Part shown: piece after piece, positions 10,347 to 18,062 of the stretch | Numbering within the stretch: the stretch's first letter is position 1 | Layout: every line of letters starts with the position of its first letter | Source: Ignavibacteria bacterium | Lineage (GTDB): Bacteria; Bacteroidota; Ignavibacteria; Kapaibacteriales; UBA4661 | Assembly (NCBI GenBank): GCA_013298775.1 | Contig: JAAFIV010000008.1 | Span: 31,028 to 95,027, forward strand | Reading direction: 5' to 3' | DNA: 64,000 bases | Position numbers and translations under genes: made by a program | The notes under the pieces: model-generated | Told to the model about the DNA's origin: nothing | The model's input: only the letters and a program-made list of their open reading frames with translations | Database searches by the model: none

Positions 10347-11426
10347 TCACTGCACGGCGGTATATGATACAGCAGTGTTTTTTACCTGTATCGGCACGAG
10401 AAAGCTCGCCGTTACGCCATTTTCGGGTACAGTATTCTCAATCTTCAACGCTGAGGTTTCACCAAAAAGTTTTTGCAAACGTGCATCAACATTTGCAAGC
10501 CCAATACCTGTGGAATGAGTATTGGTGCTGCGTTGAAGTCCTACACCGTTGTCATGTATTTCCACCAGTAGGCGATTGTTCGTTTTTTCGTAGAGAATCC
10601 TGACAGAGACCTCACCACCACTTGCTTTGGGGGAAATTCCGTGCTTGACGGCATTTTCCACAAGCGGCTGCAAAAGCATGGGTGGAATGCGTGTATCAAG
10701 CAGCGTTTCATCCGCTTCTATGCGGTATTGTAGGCGTTTACCAAAGCGGGCTTGCTCAATAGCAAGATACTTTCGCACGAAGTCTAATTCCTCTCGAAGC
10801 GTCACCATTTCTCGCTTGTCGCTCTCTAGTGTATAGCGCAGCAAATCCGAAAGCATCTCCAAAACGCGCCGCGCTTCGTCCGGGCTTACGCCAACGAGCG
10901 CATTCACGACATTCAGCGCATTGAAAAGGAAATGCGGATTGAGCTGCGCACGCAAGGCGGCAAGCTCCATTTGGGTATTCAGATGTCGCAATTCTTTTTC
11001 ACGCTTTTTTTGTTCATTGATTTCCCGCCGGAAGCGCATCACCACAAAGCCCGCGAGAATAAGAGCGTTTTCAAGAGTGTGTTGTAGAAAAATCCAGTGC
11101 TTGTTGTTCCAAATGCCGATAAAGGCTTCCATACGCCCCCACGCAAAGACAACGCTAAGATTTGTAGCAATAAGCGTAAACGAAGTAGCGAGTACCCATG
11201 CGGCATACACGAGGATTTGCTTGCCAATATGCCAATGCTGCATATACCGTCCCGAACACCATAACATCGCCCAAATACTCGCGAAACGAAAATTTTCGGA
11301 AATGAGGTTGTAGAGAAAAACACCGACAAACGGCGCAGCACCTGAGTTTGCAACAAGCAACGCCTGAACTGCTGCATACAGCATCAGTCCGAGCCAGAGG
11401 AAGAATATGGAGCGTTTGGTAATCAT
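10347..11426 (-). CDS. LytS/YehU-family sensor histidine kinase
   Basis: About 4 TM helices, LRAQLNPHFLFNALN, YLAIEQARFG, LQPLVENAVKHG, DNGVG, GIGLANV. Start moved to MITKR; the longer ORF begins inside a repeat. Confidence 0.92.
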   Translation of the reverse strand: MITKRSIFFLWLGLMLYAAVQALLVANSGAAPFVGVFLYNLISENFRFASIWAMLWCSGRYMQHWHIGKQILVYAAWVLATSFTLIATNLSVVFAWGRMEAFIGIWNNKHWIFLQHTLENALILAGFVVMRFRREINEQKKREKELRHLNTQMELAALRAQLNPHFLFNALNVVNALVGVSPDEARRVLEMLSDLLRYTLESDKREMVTLREELDFVRKYLAIEQARFGKRLQYRIEADETLLDTRIPPMLLQPLVENAVKHGISPKASGGEVSVRILYEKTNNRLLVEIHDNGVGLQRSTNTHSTGIGLANVDARLQKLFGETSALKIENTVPENGVTASFLVPIQVKNTAVSYTAVQ

Positions 11427-11479
11427 ACTGAAAGTTACGAAAATTGCACTCAAGAGCGAATGAACATACCAAAAATTAT

Positions 11480-11713
11480 CCACGAATCGCACGAATCTTT
11501 ACGAACTCACCTTACGCACAAGACCCTCACCCAACCCTCTCCCAGAGGGAGAGGGCTTTAGAGCTAGTCTCCATCAACCCTCGCCCTCTGCTGGGAGAGG
11601 GTCTCGCGCAGCGAGGGGTGAGGGCAGCGCGAGAATGTGCGTAAGGTGAGTTCATGAATTCTTGCTCCCATGAGCTAGGGAAAATGATTCGTGTTCATTC
11701 ATGCGATTCGTGG
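11480..11713. mobile_element. Nested non-autonomous palindromic element (MITE-like) with three layers of inverted repeats
   Basis: Outer IR ccacgaatcgcacgaat (11480-11496) / attcatgcgattcgtgg (11697-11713). Middle IR gaactcaccttacgcaca (11503-11520) / tgtgcgtaaggtgagttc (11636-11653). The inner part is the CCCTCTCCC-family core. Confidence 0.75.
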
Positions 11714-11721
11714 ACAATCGC

Positions 11722-12498
11722 TTACTTCGCGCCCAGTTTTGGCAAAAGAACGTATTTCACCCAATTATAGTTAGGTTCAACCTGCAACGCACGCTCGTAA
11801 GCGGCTTTAGCGTTATCAGTATCGGATTCATCACTTTTTGCAAACATCAATCCTTTCCATGCAAAAACGTCGGCGTGTCCCCAATCAGGCATGAATGCTT
11901 CTTTTGCAGCGCACGCACCTTGTTCGGCGAGATCGCAAGCGCGTTGGAGATTGGCAAGTCCTTTTTGTTTGTCGCCGCCCCACATTGCGGGTTTGAAAAA
12001 GAGCGACACCCCTTCAAGCAAAAGAATACGCGGGTTTTTGGGTTGCAAGGTAATAGCACGTTCCATCGTAACGGCGGATTTCTGACCGTATTTCATACCC
12101 GCCATCATACCGCCTCCTGCCTTTTGTCCGTAGAGACTTGCCAAAAGCCCATATGCATCGGCGAAAGCAGGTTCCAGAGTTACTGCCTCTTCCAGCGCAG
12201 CAATTCCCGCATCAGCGTTCTGCTCGCTTGATGCTTTCTCGCTTGGAAGGTTCACGAGACTATAATGTGCATAACCGACAAAATAGAGCGCAGCTGCTTT
12301 TTTGTTCGGCTGGGTTGTTTGAGAAGCAGCCGTTTGAGCCATTTCCCGTGCGGCTTTGAGGGCTGCTGCTTCGCCCGTAACAGCGGCTTTTTGAACGGCT
12401 TCTTTTGCTTTCAAAATTACGTCATCGCTTTGTGCGAAAACAAACGTAGAGATGCTTGTAAGCAGCATCAATGCTAGGGTTGTGAGAACAGCACGCAT
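11722..12498 (-). CDS. Exported TPR-repeat protein
   Basis: Signal peptide MRAVLTTLALM...VFAQ and TPR-like helices (ALEEAVTLEPAFADAYGLLASLYG; AMERAITLQPKNPR; AYERALQVEPNY). Confidence 0.8.
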   Translation of the reverse strand: MRAVLTTLALMLLTSISTFVFAQSDDVILKAKEAVQKAAVTGEAAALKAAREMAQTAASQTTQPNKKAAALYFVGYAHYSLVNLPSEKASSEQNADAGIAALEEAVTLEPAFADAYGLLASLYGQKAGGGMMAGMKYGQKSAVTMERAITLQPKNPRILLLEGVSLFFKPAMWGGDKQKGLANLQRACDLAEQGACAAKEAFMPDWGHADVFAWKGLMFAKSDESDTDNAKAAYERALQVEPNYNWVKYVLLPKLGAK

Positions 12499-12530
12499 AA
12501 TAAAAACTCCGAAAAATGAGAAAAAATGTG

Positions 12531-12538
12531 TAAATTTG
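12531..12538 (+). promoter_or_regulatory. Candidate -7 promoter element
   Basis: TAAATTTG, 37 bp upstream of ATG 12575. Confidence 0.4.
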
Positions 12539-12574
12539 TGAAACAAAACTTTCTGACTATTTCAAATTTGATGT

Positions 12575-13222
12575 ATGGAAACACTTGATGACATTCGGTC
12601 AATTTTGCGTGATATTGCGATAGCTCAACGCGAAGCAGACGTAAGGAGTCAGCAACACGAGGAAGTGATTAAGGCTCTGCGTGAAGAGAACGAGCAACGG
12701 CGTATAGCTGCGGACGAACGCGACAAACTTCTCGACAAAAAAATTGCGGCTGTTTCAGAGCAAATCGGCGGTATCGGCAATAAATTTGGGCATTACACCG
12801 AAGCCTTGATTTTGCCTTCGATGGATAGAATGCTGCATGAACGCTTTGGTGGTCAGTTGGAACATATTTCTACACGCGTCCGTCGGCGACTGGGTGAGAG
12901 AATGATTGAACTGGATGATTTCGGCTATCGCAATGGCGACATAAATGCCGCGTATGTGGTCGAAGTGAAAGACATTGTGAAAGAACGCCATGTTGAGCAG
13001 ATGCTCAGAATTCTTGCGGATTTTCCCGACTTTTTTCCCGAACACGCCGAAAAACATCTTTACGGCATCATTGCGGGAATCGGCGCATCCGATGATGTAC
13101 AGCGCATGATTGCTGGTGCGGGCTTGTACTATGCCGATATTACCGATAACATTTTTACGCTTGTTTCACCGCATGATTTCGTCGGGAAAGATTTTCGGAG
13201 AATGAGCTTACAAAGCGCGTAA
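12575..13222 (+). CDS. DUF3782-like coiled-coil plus PD-(D/E)XK-fold protein
   Basis: Coiled-coil N-terminus, then IGGIGNKFGHYTEAL, IELD, YVVEVK and FPDFFPEH..KHLYGIIAG, which are typical of this family. Confidence 0.75.
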   Translation: METLDDIRSILRDIAIAQREADVRSQQHEEVIKALREENEQRRIAADERDKLLDKKIAAVSEQIGGIGNKFGHYTEALILPSMDRMLHERFGGQLEHISTRVRRRLGERMIELDDFGYRNGDINAAYVVEVKDIVKERHVEQMLRILADFPDFFPEHAEKHLYGIIAGIGASDDVQRMIAGAGLYYADITDNIFTLVSPHDFVGKDFRRMSLQSA

Positions 13223-13247
13223 AATCTCACTTCCCACTAATCAACAC

Positions 13248-15461
13248 TCAAAACTTCACCGTCGCCGTCGCGCCAATAAATACAAACTGCCTGTTCAAAC
13301 TCACATTTGCCTCGCGCTTGGAATAATCGGCTGAATACGTGTACCCAAGCACGTTTGCGCGTCCTGTGGCATTGGAAAGTGAGGCGAAAATGACCATAAA
13401 TGCTTTGTCGTTCAGGGGAAGAAAGTAGGAAACATCGGCATCGAAGCGCATTTGGTCGGGAAGCCGCTCCGAGCCTACGCTTCCATCTATCGGCTCGAAC
13501 CACGTGTATTGCCCTTCCACAAAGCGCATTCCACCCACAATCGGCGTGGTTGCTCGTCCTGTCGAATATCGTGCCGTTGTGCCAACACTCAAGCCTTCCC
13601 ACACGCGAACTTTGCCCACAAGCACGATATTATGCCGAATGTCAAACGGCGTTGCGCCTTCTTCATAGACAATTCCTTGCTCCGTGCGTCGTGCTTGCAG
13701 ACGATTCGTCTCCAAAAACGAGTAGGAAAGCCATCCGTTGAAATCGGTTTTGAGATATTCGCCATATTTTGCAAAAAAGTCTAGCCCGCGAGCGTAACCA
13801 TAGCCAAGATTTTGCGGAATGCCGCTCGTTGTCGGTAGAATCAGGTTTGCGTAGGTTTTGTTGTATGCTTCGGCACGAATTTGCGCATCGCCTTCGGTGT
13901 ATTCTGCGCCCAGAATGTAGTGCGTTGCTTGTTGGGCTTTCAATTCAGGGTTGCCACCAAGCGCGGTATTGAGCTGTTCGGGGCGACCGAATTGGTGAAA
14001 AATTCCCCACGCAGCGCGAAGGTTGAAACTCGGCGCGAACACGTACTTCAGCGATACACGTGGGTCGAACACGAGGTTTTGCGCGAGTGTTTGGTAATCG
14101 CTACGAATCCCAACGCCCGCCAAAAGATTTCGTGTGAGTTTCATTTCCGCTTCCACATAGCCACCAAGCCGCACTGCTCCTCCTTTGGAGGAAAATCGCT
14201 CCTCCGCGCTGCCTTGGTTGCGGATAATCTTTGTGCCTTCCAATTCGTCGTATTCTGCTTCCACGCCCGCCAGAATGCGCACCCAATCCGAGAGGTCTTT
14301 TTCAGCATCGGTGCGGCTTTTGAGGTTAATTTGTTGCGTAAGAATACCAAAGCTGGCTTCATCAATGGTGTTGCGAATAACATTCGCCGAAAGGCTTGAC
14401 TTTATCACCCATTCCTGCCAAACGTCGGTGATTTGGATATTGTGAATGGTATTCGTTTGTGCGGTTTTGAAAAGATTTTTATCCGCGCCTAAGCCATAGA
14501 ATGTGGACAAACCATTGCTTGAGCCGTAGTTAAAAAACTTTATTTTGCCCGTCGGCGAATACTTCCACACAAGGCTGACGTTAGCGTCAATCGAAGTCGG
14601 TGGTTCGTTGAATTGCGTTCGTAAACCATTCAAGCGAAAAAGCAAATCGGTGTTGGAATAATTCCCCGATGCGCGGATGCCAAGCGTTCCGGGAAGCAGT
14701 TCCGACGCGCCTCCCAGCGAGACACCACCTGTGGAAAGTGTGCCGTTGAATTGATTACCTGTCGGCATTCCCAGTCCTTCCAATGCCACCACGCCAGAGA
14801 GCGCATTTCCGTAGCGAGCCGGCATACCGCCGCTTGAGAAGAAGGTGCCGCTCACAAAAAAGGGTGGAATAAACCCAAACGTGCCGCCATTGGGCGCAGC
14901 AGCGCGGTAGGGCGAGGTAACGCTGGCTTGGTCAATGAGCGTAATTGTTTCGGTGAGGTCGCCGCCGCGTACAATCAGCCCAGAACCTTCGTCGGGTGAG
15001 GTTACGCCCGGAAAAGTCTGCAAAGCGCGGAAAATATCTGCCGCCGCACCAGGCGTGGTCAAGATTTCAAGCGGTTTCAAGGTTACGCCTTCCACTTCGC
15101 CCGATGTAAATGCGCTGGCGGAAACGGTCGCGCCTTTCAGATTCACGACTTTGGTCAGAAGGTGAATAGCAATGCGGGTTGTGTCGCCCTCAAGCAGGAT
15201 TTCTTGTTCAAACGCCTCGTAGGCGAGGTTCTTAATAGCAAGTATTTGTGCGCCTTTGAGGTCGGTTGTGATTGTGAACATACCCTTTGAATTTGTTACC
15301 CCACCTATTTTCGTGCCTTTCATTTTTACGCTGATATAGCCAAGCGAGTCGCCACGCTCATTCATCACAACACCAGTGATGATGCGCTTTGCGGGTTGGG
15401 CATGAAGTGTACTGGTGCTGCACAGTGCGATAATTGCTAAAAGTTGTAGTAATATCCGCAT
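13248..15461 (-). CDS. TonB-dependent receptor with N-terminal carboxypeptidase-regulatory-like domain
   Basis: Signal peptide MRILLQ...TLHAQ, plug motifs (LQTFPGV, GLIVRGGD, ARYGNALSGVV), beta-barrel strands, C-terminal F. Confidence 0.9.
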   Translation of the reverse strand: MRILLQLLAIIALCSTSTLHAQPAKRIITGVVMNERGDSLGYISVKMKGTKIGGVTNSKGMFTITTDLKGAQILAIKNLAYEAFEQEILLEGDTTRIAIHLLTKVVNLKGATVSASAFTSGEVEGVTLKPLEILTTPGAAADIFRALQTFPGVTSPDEGSGLIVRGGDLTETITLIDQASVTSPYRAAAPNGGTFGFIPPFFVSGTFFSSGGMPARYGNALSGVVALEGLGMPTGNQFNGTLSTGGVSLGGASELLPGTLGIRASGNYSNTDLLFRLNGLRTQFNEPPTSIDANVSLVWKYSPTGKIKFFNYGSSNGLSTFYGLGADKNLFKTAQTNTIHNIQITDVWQEWVIKSSLSANVIRNTIDEASFGILTQQINLKSRTDAEKDLSDWVRILAGVEAEYDELEGTKIIRNQGSAEERFSSKGGAVRLGGYVEAEMKLTRNLLAGVGIRSDYQTLAQNLVFDPRVSLKYVFAPSFNLRAAWGIFHQFGRPEQLNTALGGNPELKAQQATHYILGAEYTEGDAQIRAEAYNKTYANLILPTTSGIPQNLGYGYARGLDFFAKYGEYLKTDFNGWLSYSFLETNRLQARRTEQGIVYEEGATPFDIRHNIVLVGKVRVWEGLSVGTTARYSTGRATTPIVGGMRFVEGQYTWFEPIDGSVGSERLPDQMRFDADVSYFLPLNDKAFMVIFASLSNATGRANVLGYTYSADYSKREANVSLNRQFVFIGATATVKF

Positions 15462-15542
15462 GATTGTTCTCCAAAAGCTGTTCGTATCGTTGTAACTATA
15501 CGCAAGATACGGTGCGGTTTTGGAAGGTGTTGCAGAGCTTTC

Positions 15543-15597
15543 GACGAATTGCAGGAATGGAAGGACGAGTTGCGGGAGCGGGCGGTGAAGTGGTGGG
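15543..15597 (-). promoter_or_regulatory. Candidate LytTR-type operator: direct repeats at 21-bp period upstream of the TonB-dependent receptor
   Basis: On the + strand: gacgaattgcagg (15543), gacgagttgcggg (15564) and degenerate gtgaagtggtggg (15585). Confidence 0.45.
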
Positions 15598-15708
15598 AAT
15601 GGTAGGGGAAATATCATTGCAGAGAACCACAAAAGAGCGTATTTTTGTAGTGCATTTACCACACCTTTTTACCGTAAAAATTGGTATTCTTGAAATTCAG
15701 TCCAAACA

Positions 15709-16140
15709 ATGACCACCCCAACAGAAATCCGAGCAATAGCTGATTTGCGTATGGAGGAAGCAGAATTGCTCTTTTTGCATCAGAAATACGATGGCGCGTT
15801 TTATTTGGCAGGCTATAAACTGGAACTTTACCTGAAAGCAAAAATTTGTGAATGCTTGAATCTTGATGATTTCTATTCGATTCACGCTCCTAAAAGCGAG
15901 TTATCAAAAACATTTCTTGTTCACAATTTTAATCGGTTATTCCTTCTTTCAGGAGTACATCAACAATTTGAACAGGAGAAAACAACGCAGAAACATTTGA
16001 CCTCCGCTTGGTCTTGTATTTCTGAGGCTGCTTGGAGCGAAAGCATTCGCTATGATTCCAGTGGCAAGCGTGACGACTGTACAGTTCGTGATTTTATGAA
16101 CGCTATCAATACAATATCACAATGGATACTCGAACATTAA
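15709..16140 (+). CDS. HEPN-domain protein (putative RNase toxin)
   Basis: ADLRMEEAELLF...YDGAFYLAGYKLELYLKAKI, KTFLVHNFNRL (conserved His), W-x-E-x-x-RY; all-helical, 143 aa. Confidence 0.8.
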   Translation: MTTPTEIRAIADLRMEEAELLFLHQKYDGAFYLAGYKLELYLKAKICECLNLDDFYSIHAPKSELSKTFLVHNFNRLFLLSGVHQQFEQEKTTQKHLTSAWSCISEAAWSESIRYDSSGKRDDCTVRDFMNAINTISQWILEH

Positions 16141-16487
16141 CACAAAATAAACTCAAAGTGGAATTACAAAAGGTCATCAATGCTTTTGAGCAAGAAGGCA
16201 GACCGCTTGAATTTGTCGGCATTGCACCTCTTTATCTCCAACTACTTAACACATCGTATGTTGTTCAGGTATATGCTGCGTGGCTTGATGAAATGAGTAA
16301 TTGCAATGATGCACTCAATCTTGTAATTGATAAATTATACGAACTCTTGAGCGCAGACGTGCTGCGATACATTAACCGAGTCAATATTATCTCCGATAGC
16401 GGTGAAGTTCATTGTACCTCAAAAGGGCTTATTTTGAATAAGCCTGAATTTGAGACCTTAACAGAGCCTTTTGACTATACTGCATGA
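16122..16487 (+). CDS. Hypothetical protein overlapping the HEPN gene (putative antitoxin, possibly degenerate nucleotidyltransferase fold)
   Basis: 121-aa acidic ORF whose ATG lies 19 nt inside the HEPN gene. It has an alpha/beta pattern but no GSxA/DxD motif. Confidence 0.65.
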   Translation: MDTRTLTQNKLKVELQKVINAFEQEGRPLEFVGIAPLYLQLLNTSYVVQVYAAWLDEMSNCNDALNLVIDKLYELLSADVLRYINRVNIISDSGEVHCTSKGLILNKPEFETLTEPFDYTA

Positions 16488-16520
16488 CTACTTTACTGCT
16501 TGATTTGGAGTAAAATTATC

Positions 16521-16982
16521 ATGCTTGAAAATATTATCCTCAACGACATTAAAATTGCAATAGAAATTTGGGGTGAAGATTTGGATGAACAGGTAAAAGA
16601 ATGGCACAAAGTGGAGAAAAATACTGACACGCACTCTCTACAAACTGCACCGATACAAATACAAACGCTTCAGACGTTACAAGCGATTCAAAACTTGAAA
16701 CAATCTTCGGTACAATTCAAACTGTTCCTCACAAAACTCGCGCCTCACCTCCGCCCAGATTTTATGCCATCGGTGACTGTCGATAACGAAGGAGAATTTA
16801 TTTTTGAATGGTACGGACGGCAGGGAGCGCGGGCGAGTGTGATTGTTGGTGCAAATGGTGCGCTCTATTTTGTTTCACTTTTTCACGGTACGTCTATCAA
16901 ATCTCGCTTGCTGTGGAATAACGATATTCCGCCACTTATCCTCACAGAACTTGATAAAATCTACAAGGACAAGCAAGCATGA
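16521..16982 (+). CDS. Hypothetical protein (putative antitoxin) with PSVTVDNEGEFIFEW motif
   Basis: GGAG RBS at 16507-16510 precedes ATG 16521. ATGA overlap with the next gene. Confidence 0.7.
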   Translation: MLENIILNDIKIAIEIWGEDLDEQVKEWHKVEKNTDTHSLQTAPIQIQTLQTLQAIQNLKQSSVQFKLFLTKLAPHLRPDFMPSVTVDNEGEFIFEWYGRQGARASVIVGANGALYFVSLFHGTSIKSRLLWNNDIPPLILTELDKIYKDKQA

Positions 16983-17401
16983 ATCAAGCCTGTAATTACG
17001 ATTCTCCCTACGAAATTGGACGCTTTTTGCGAAAGGAATGGCTCAAAGAGAATAACTCTCGCATCCATGCAAATGCCTTCATGCCGCCAGAGAAAATTGG
17101 CTCTCGGTTAGAAGTCTCTTGCTTTGAAGTACAAATGCTCGATCACGCACAAATCCTTGATTTAGCGGATAAAAATGACCCACCGATTCTACCGAATAAT
17201 AGACCGCCTGTTGGCTATGGCGTAATTCCTGAAGCAGAATTCTCCAAAACCGCTTGTAATCTTGATTTTGACAATACTCCGCCGCGCCACGTGAACATCA
17301 AAGGTTGGGAGAATTTCCCAAACAAAGAAGACAAGCAACTGCAAGCCAGCATCCTCGCCGAAGCCGCATCACAACACATTTTTCTTCGCCCGTACCCTTA
17401 G
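16979..17401 (+). CDS. Hypothetical protein with ADP-ribosyltransferase-like residue pattern (putative toxin)
   Basis: GRFL...NAFMPP...LEVSCF...PPRHVNIKGW; ATGA-coupled to the upstream gene. The fold assignment is inference. Confidence 0.6.
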   Translation: MNQACNYDSPYEIGRFLRKEWLKENNSRIHANAFMPPEKIGSRLEVSCFEVQMLDHAQILDLADKNDPPILPNNRPPVGYGVIPEAEFSKTACNLDFDNTPPRHVNIKGWENFPNKEDKQLQASILAEAASQHIFLRPYP

Positions 17402-17456
17402 CAGTGAGAAAAACAACGAAACATGAACATTTTTATTTAACCTCAATTTATATACC

Positions 17457-17915
17457 ATGAACATCGCATCAAAACTCGTATGGAGAGCTGTTGTTGCTTT
17501 CTTTCTCGTGATTTTTTCAGCAAGCGATACTTTTGCACAAGAACCAGTAGAAAAGGTTCTTCGCGCCGTCTTGGACGAGCAAGTACAAGCCTGGAACGCA
17601 GGGAAAATCGAAGAATTTATGCAGGGCTATTGGGCATCAGATTCCTTGCGCTTTGCTTCTGGTGGAACGGTGAAACGTGGGTGGCAAGTGACGTTGGAAC
17701 GGTATCAAAAAAGCTATCCAAACAGAGCAGCAATGGGTGTTCTGAGTTTTACCGAACTTGAATACACCGTACTTTCAGCCGATGCCGCGCTCGTCTTTGG
17801 TAAGTGGCGGCTTCAACGCGAGAAAGACACGCCCAATGGCTTGTTTACGCTCACGTTTCGGAAAACTGCGCAAGGCTGGAAAATTATCCACGACCACACT
17901 TCGTCGGGGAATTGA
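17457..17915 (+). CDS. Secreted DUF4440 / NTF2-like protein
   Basis: Signal peptide; QVQAWNAGKIEEFMQGYW, RYQKSYP...MGVLSF, GLFTLTF...GWKIIHDHTS. Confidence 0.9.
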   Translation: MNIASKLVWRAVVAFFLVIFSASDTFAQEPVEKVLRAVLDEQVQAWNAGKIEEFMQGYWASDSLRFASGGTVKRGWQVTLERYQKSYPNRAAMGVLSFTELEYTVLSADAALVFGKWRLQREKDTPNGLFTLTFRKTAQGWKIIHDHTSSGN

Positions 17916-18062
17916 AGCAGGAGAGCGAAAAAGGAAATTGAAGCAGTGTGAAAATTCGTGAGAACACGGCTCGGCACAAGATTACATCTGGTTTCGGCAG
18001 ACATTGAGGAATTCTCGCTTTGAAGCAATATCGCTTCTAGGCAGAACGAAATCCGACTTGCA

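Noticed and set aside
15462-15662. 67-codon N-terminal extension of the TonB receptor ORF
   Set aside because: A clean signal peptide begins at ATG 15461; the extension covers the probable promoter and operator region.
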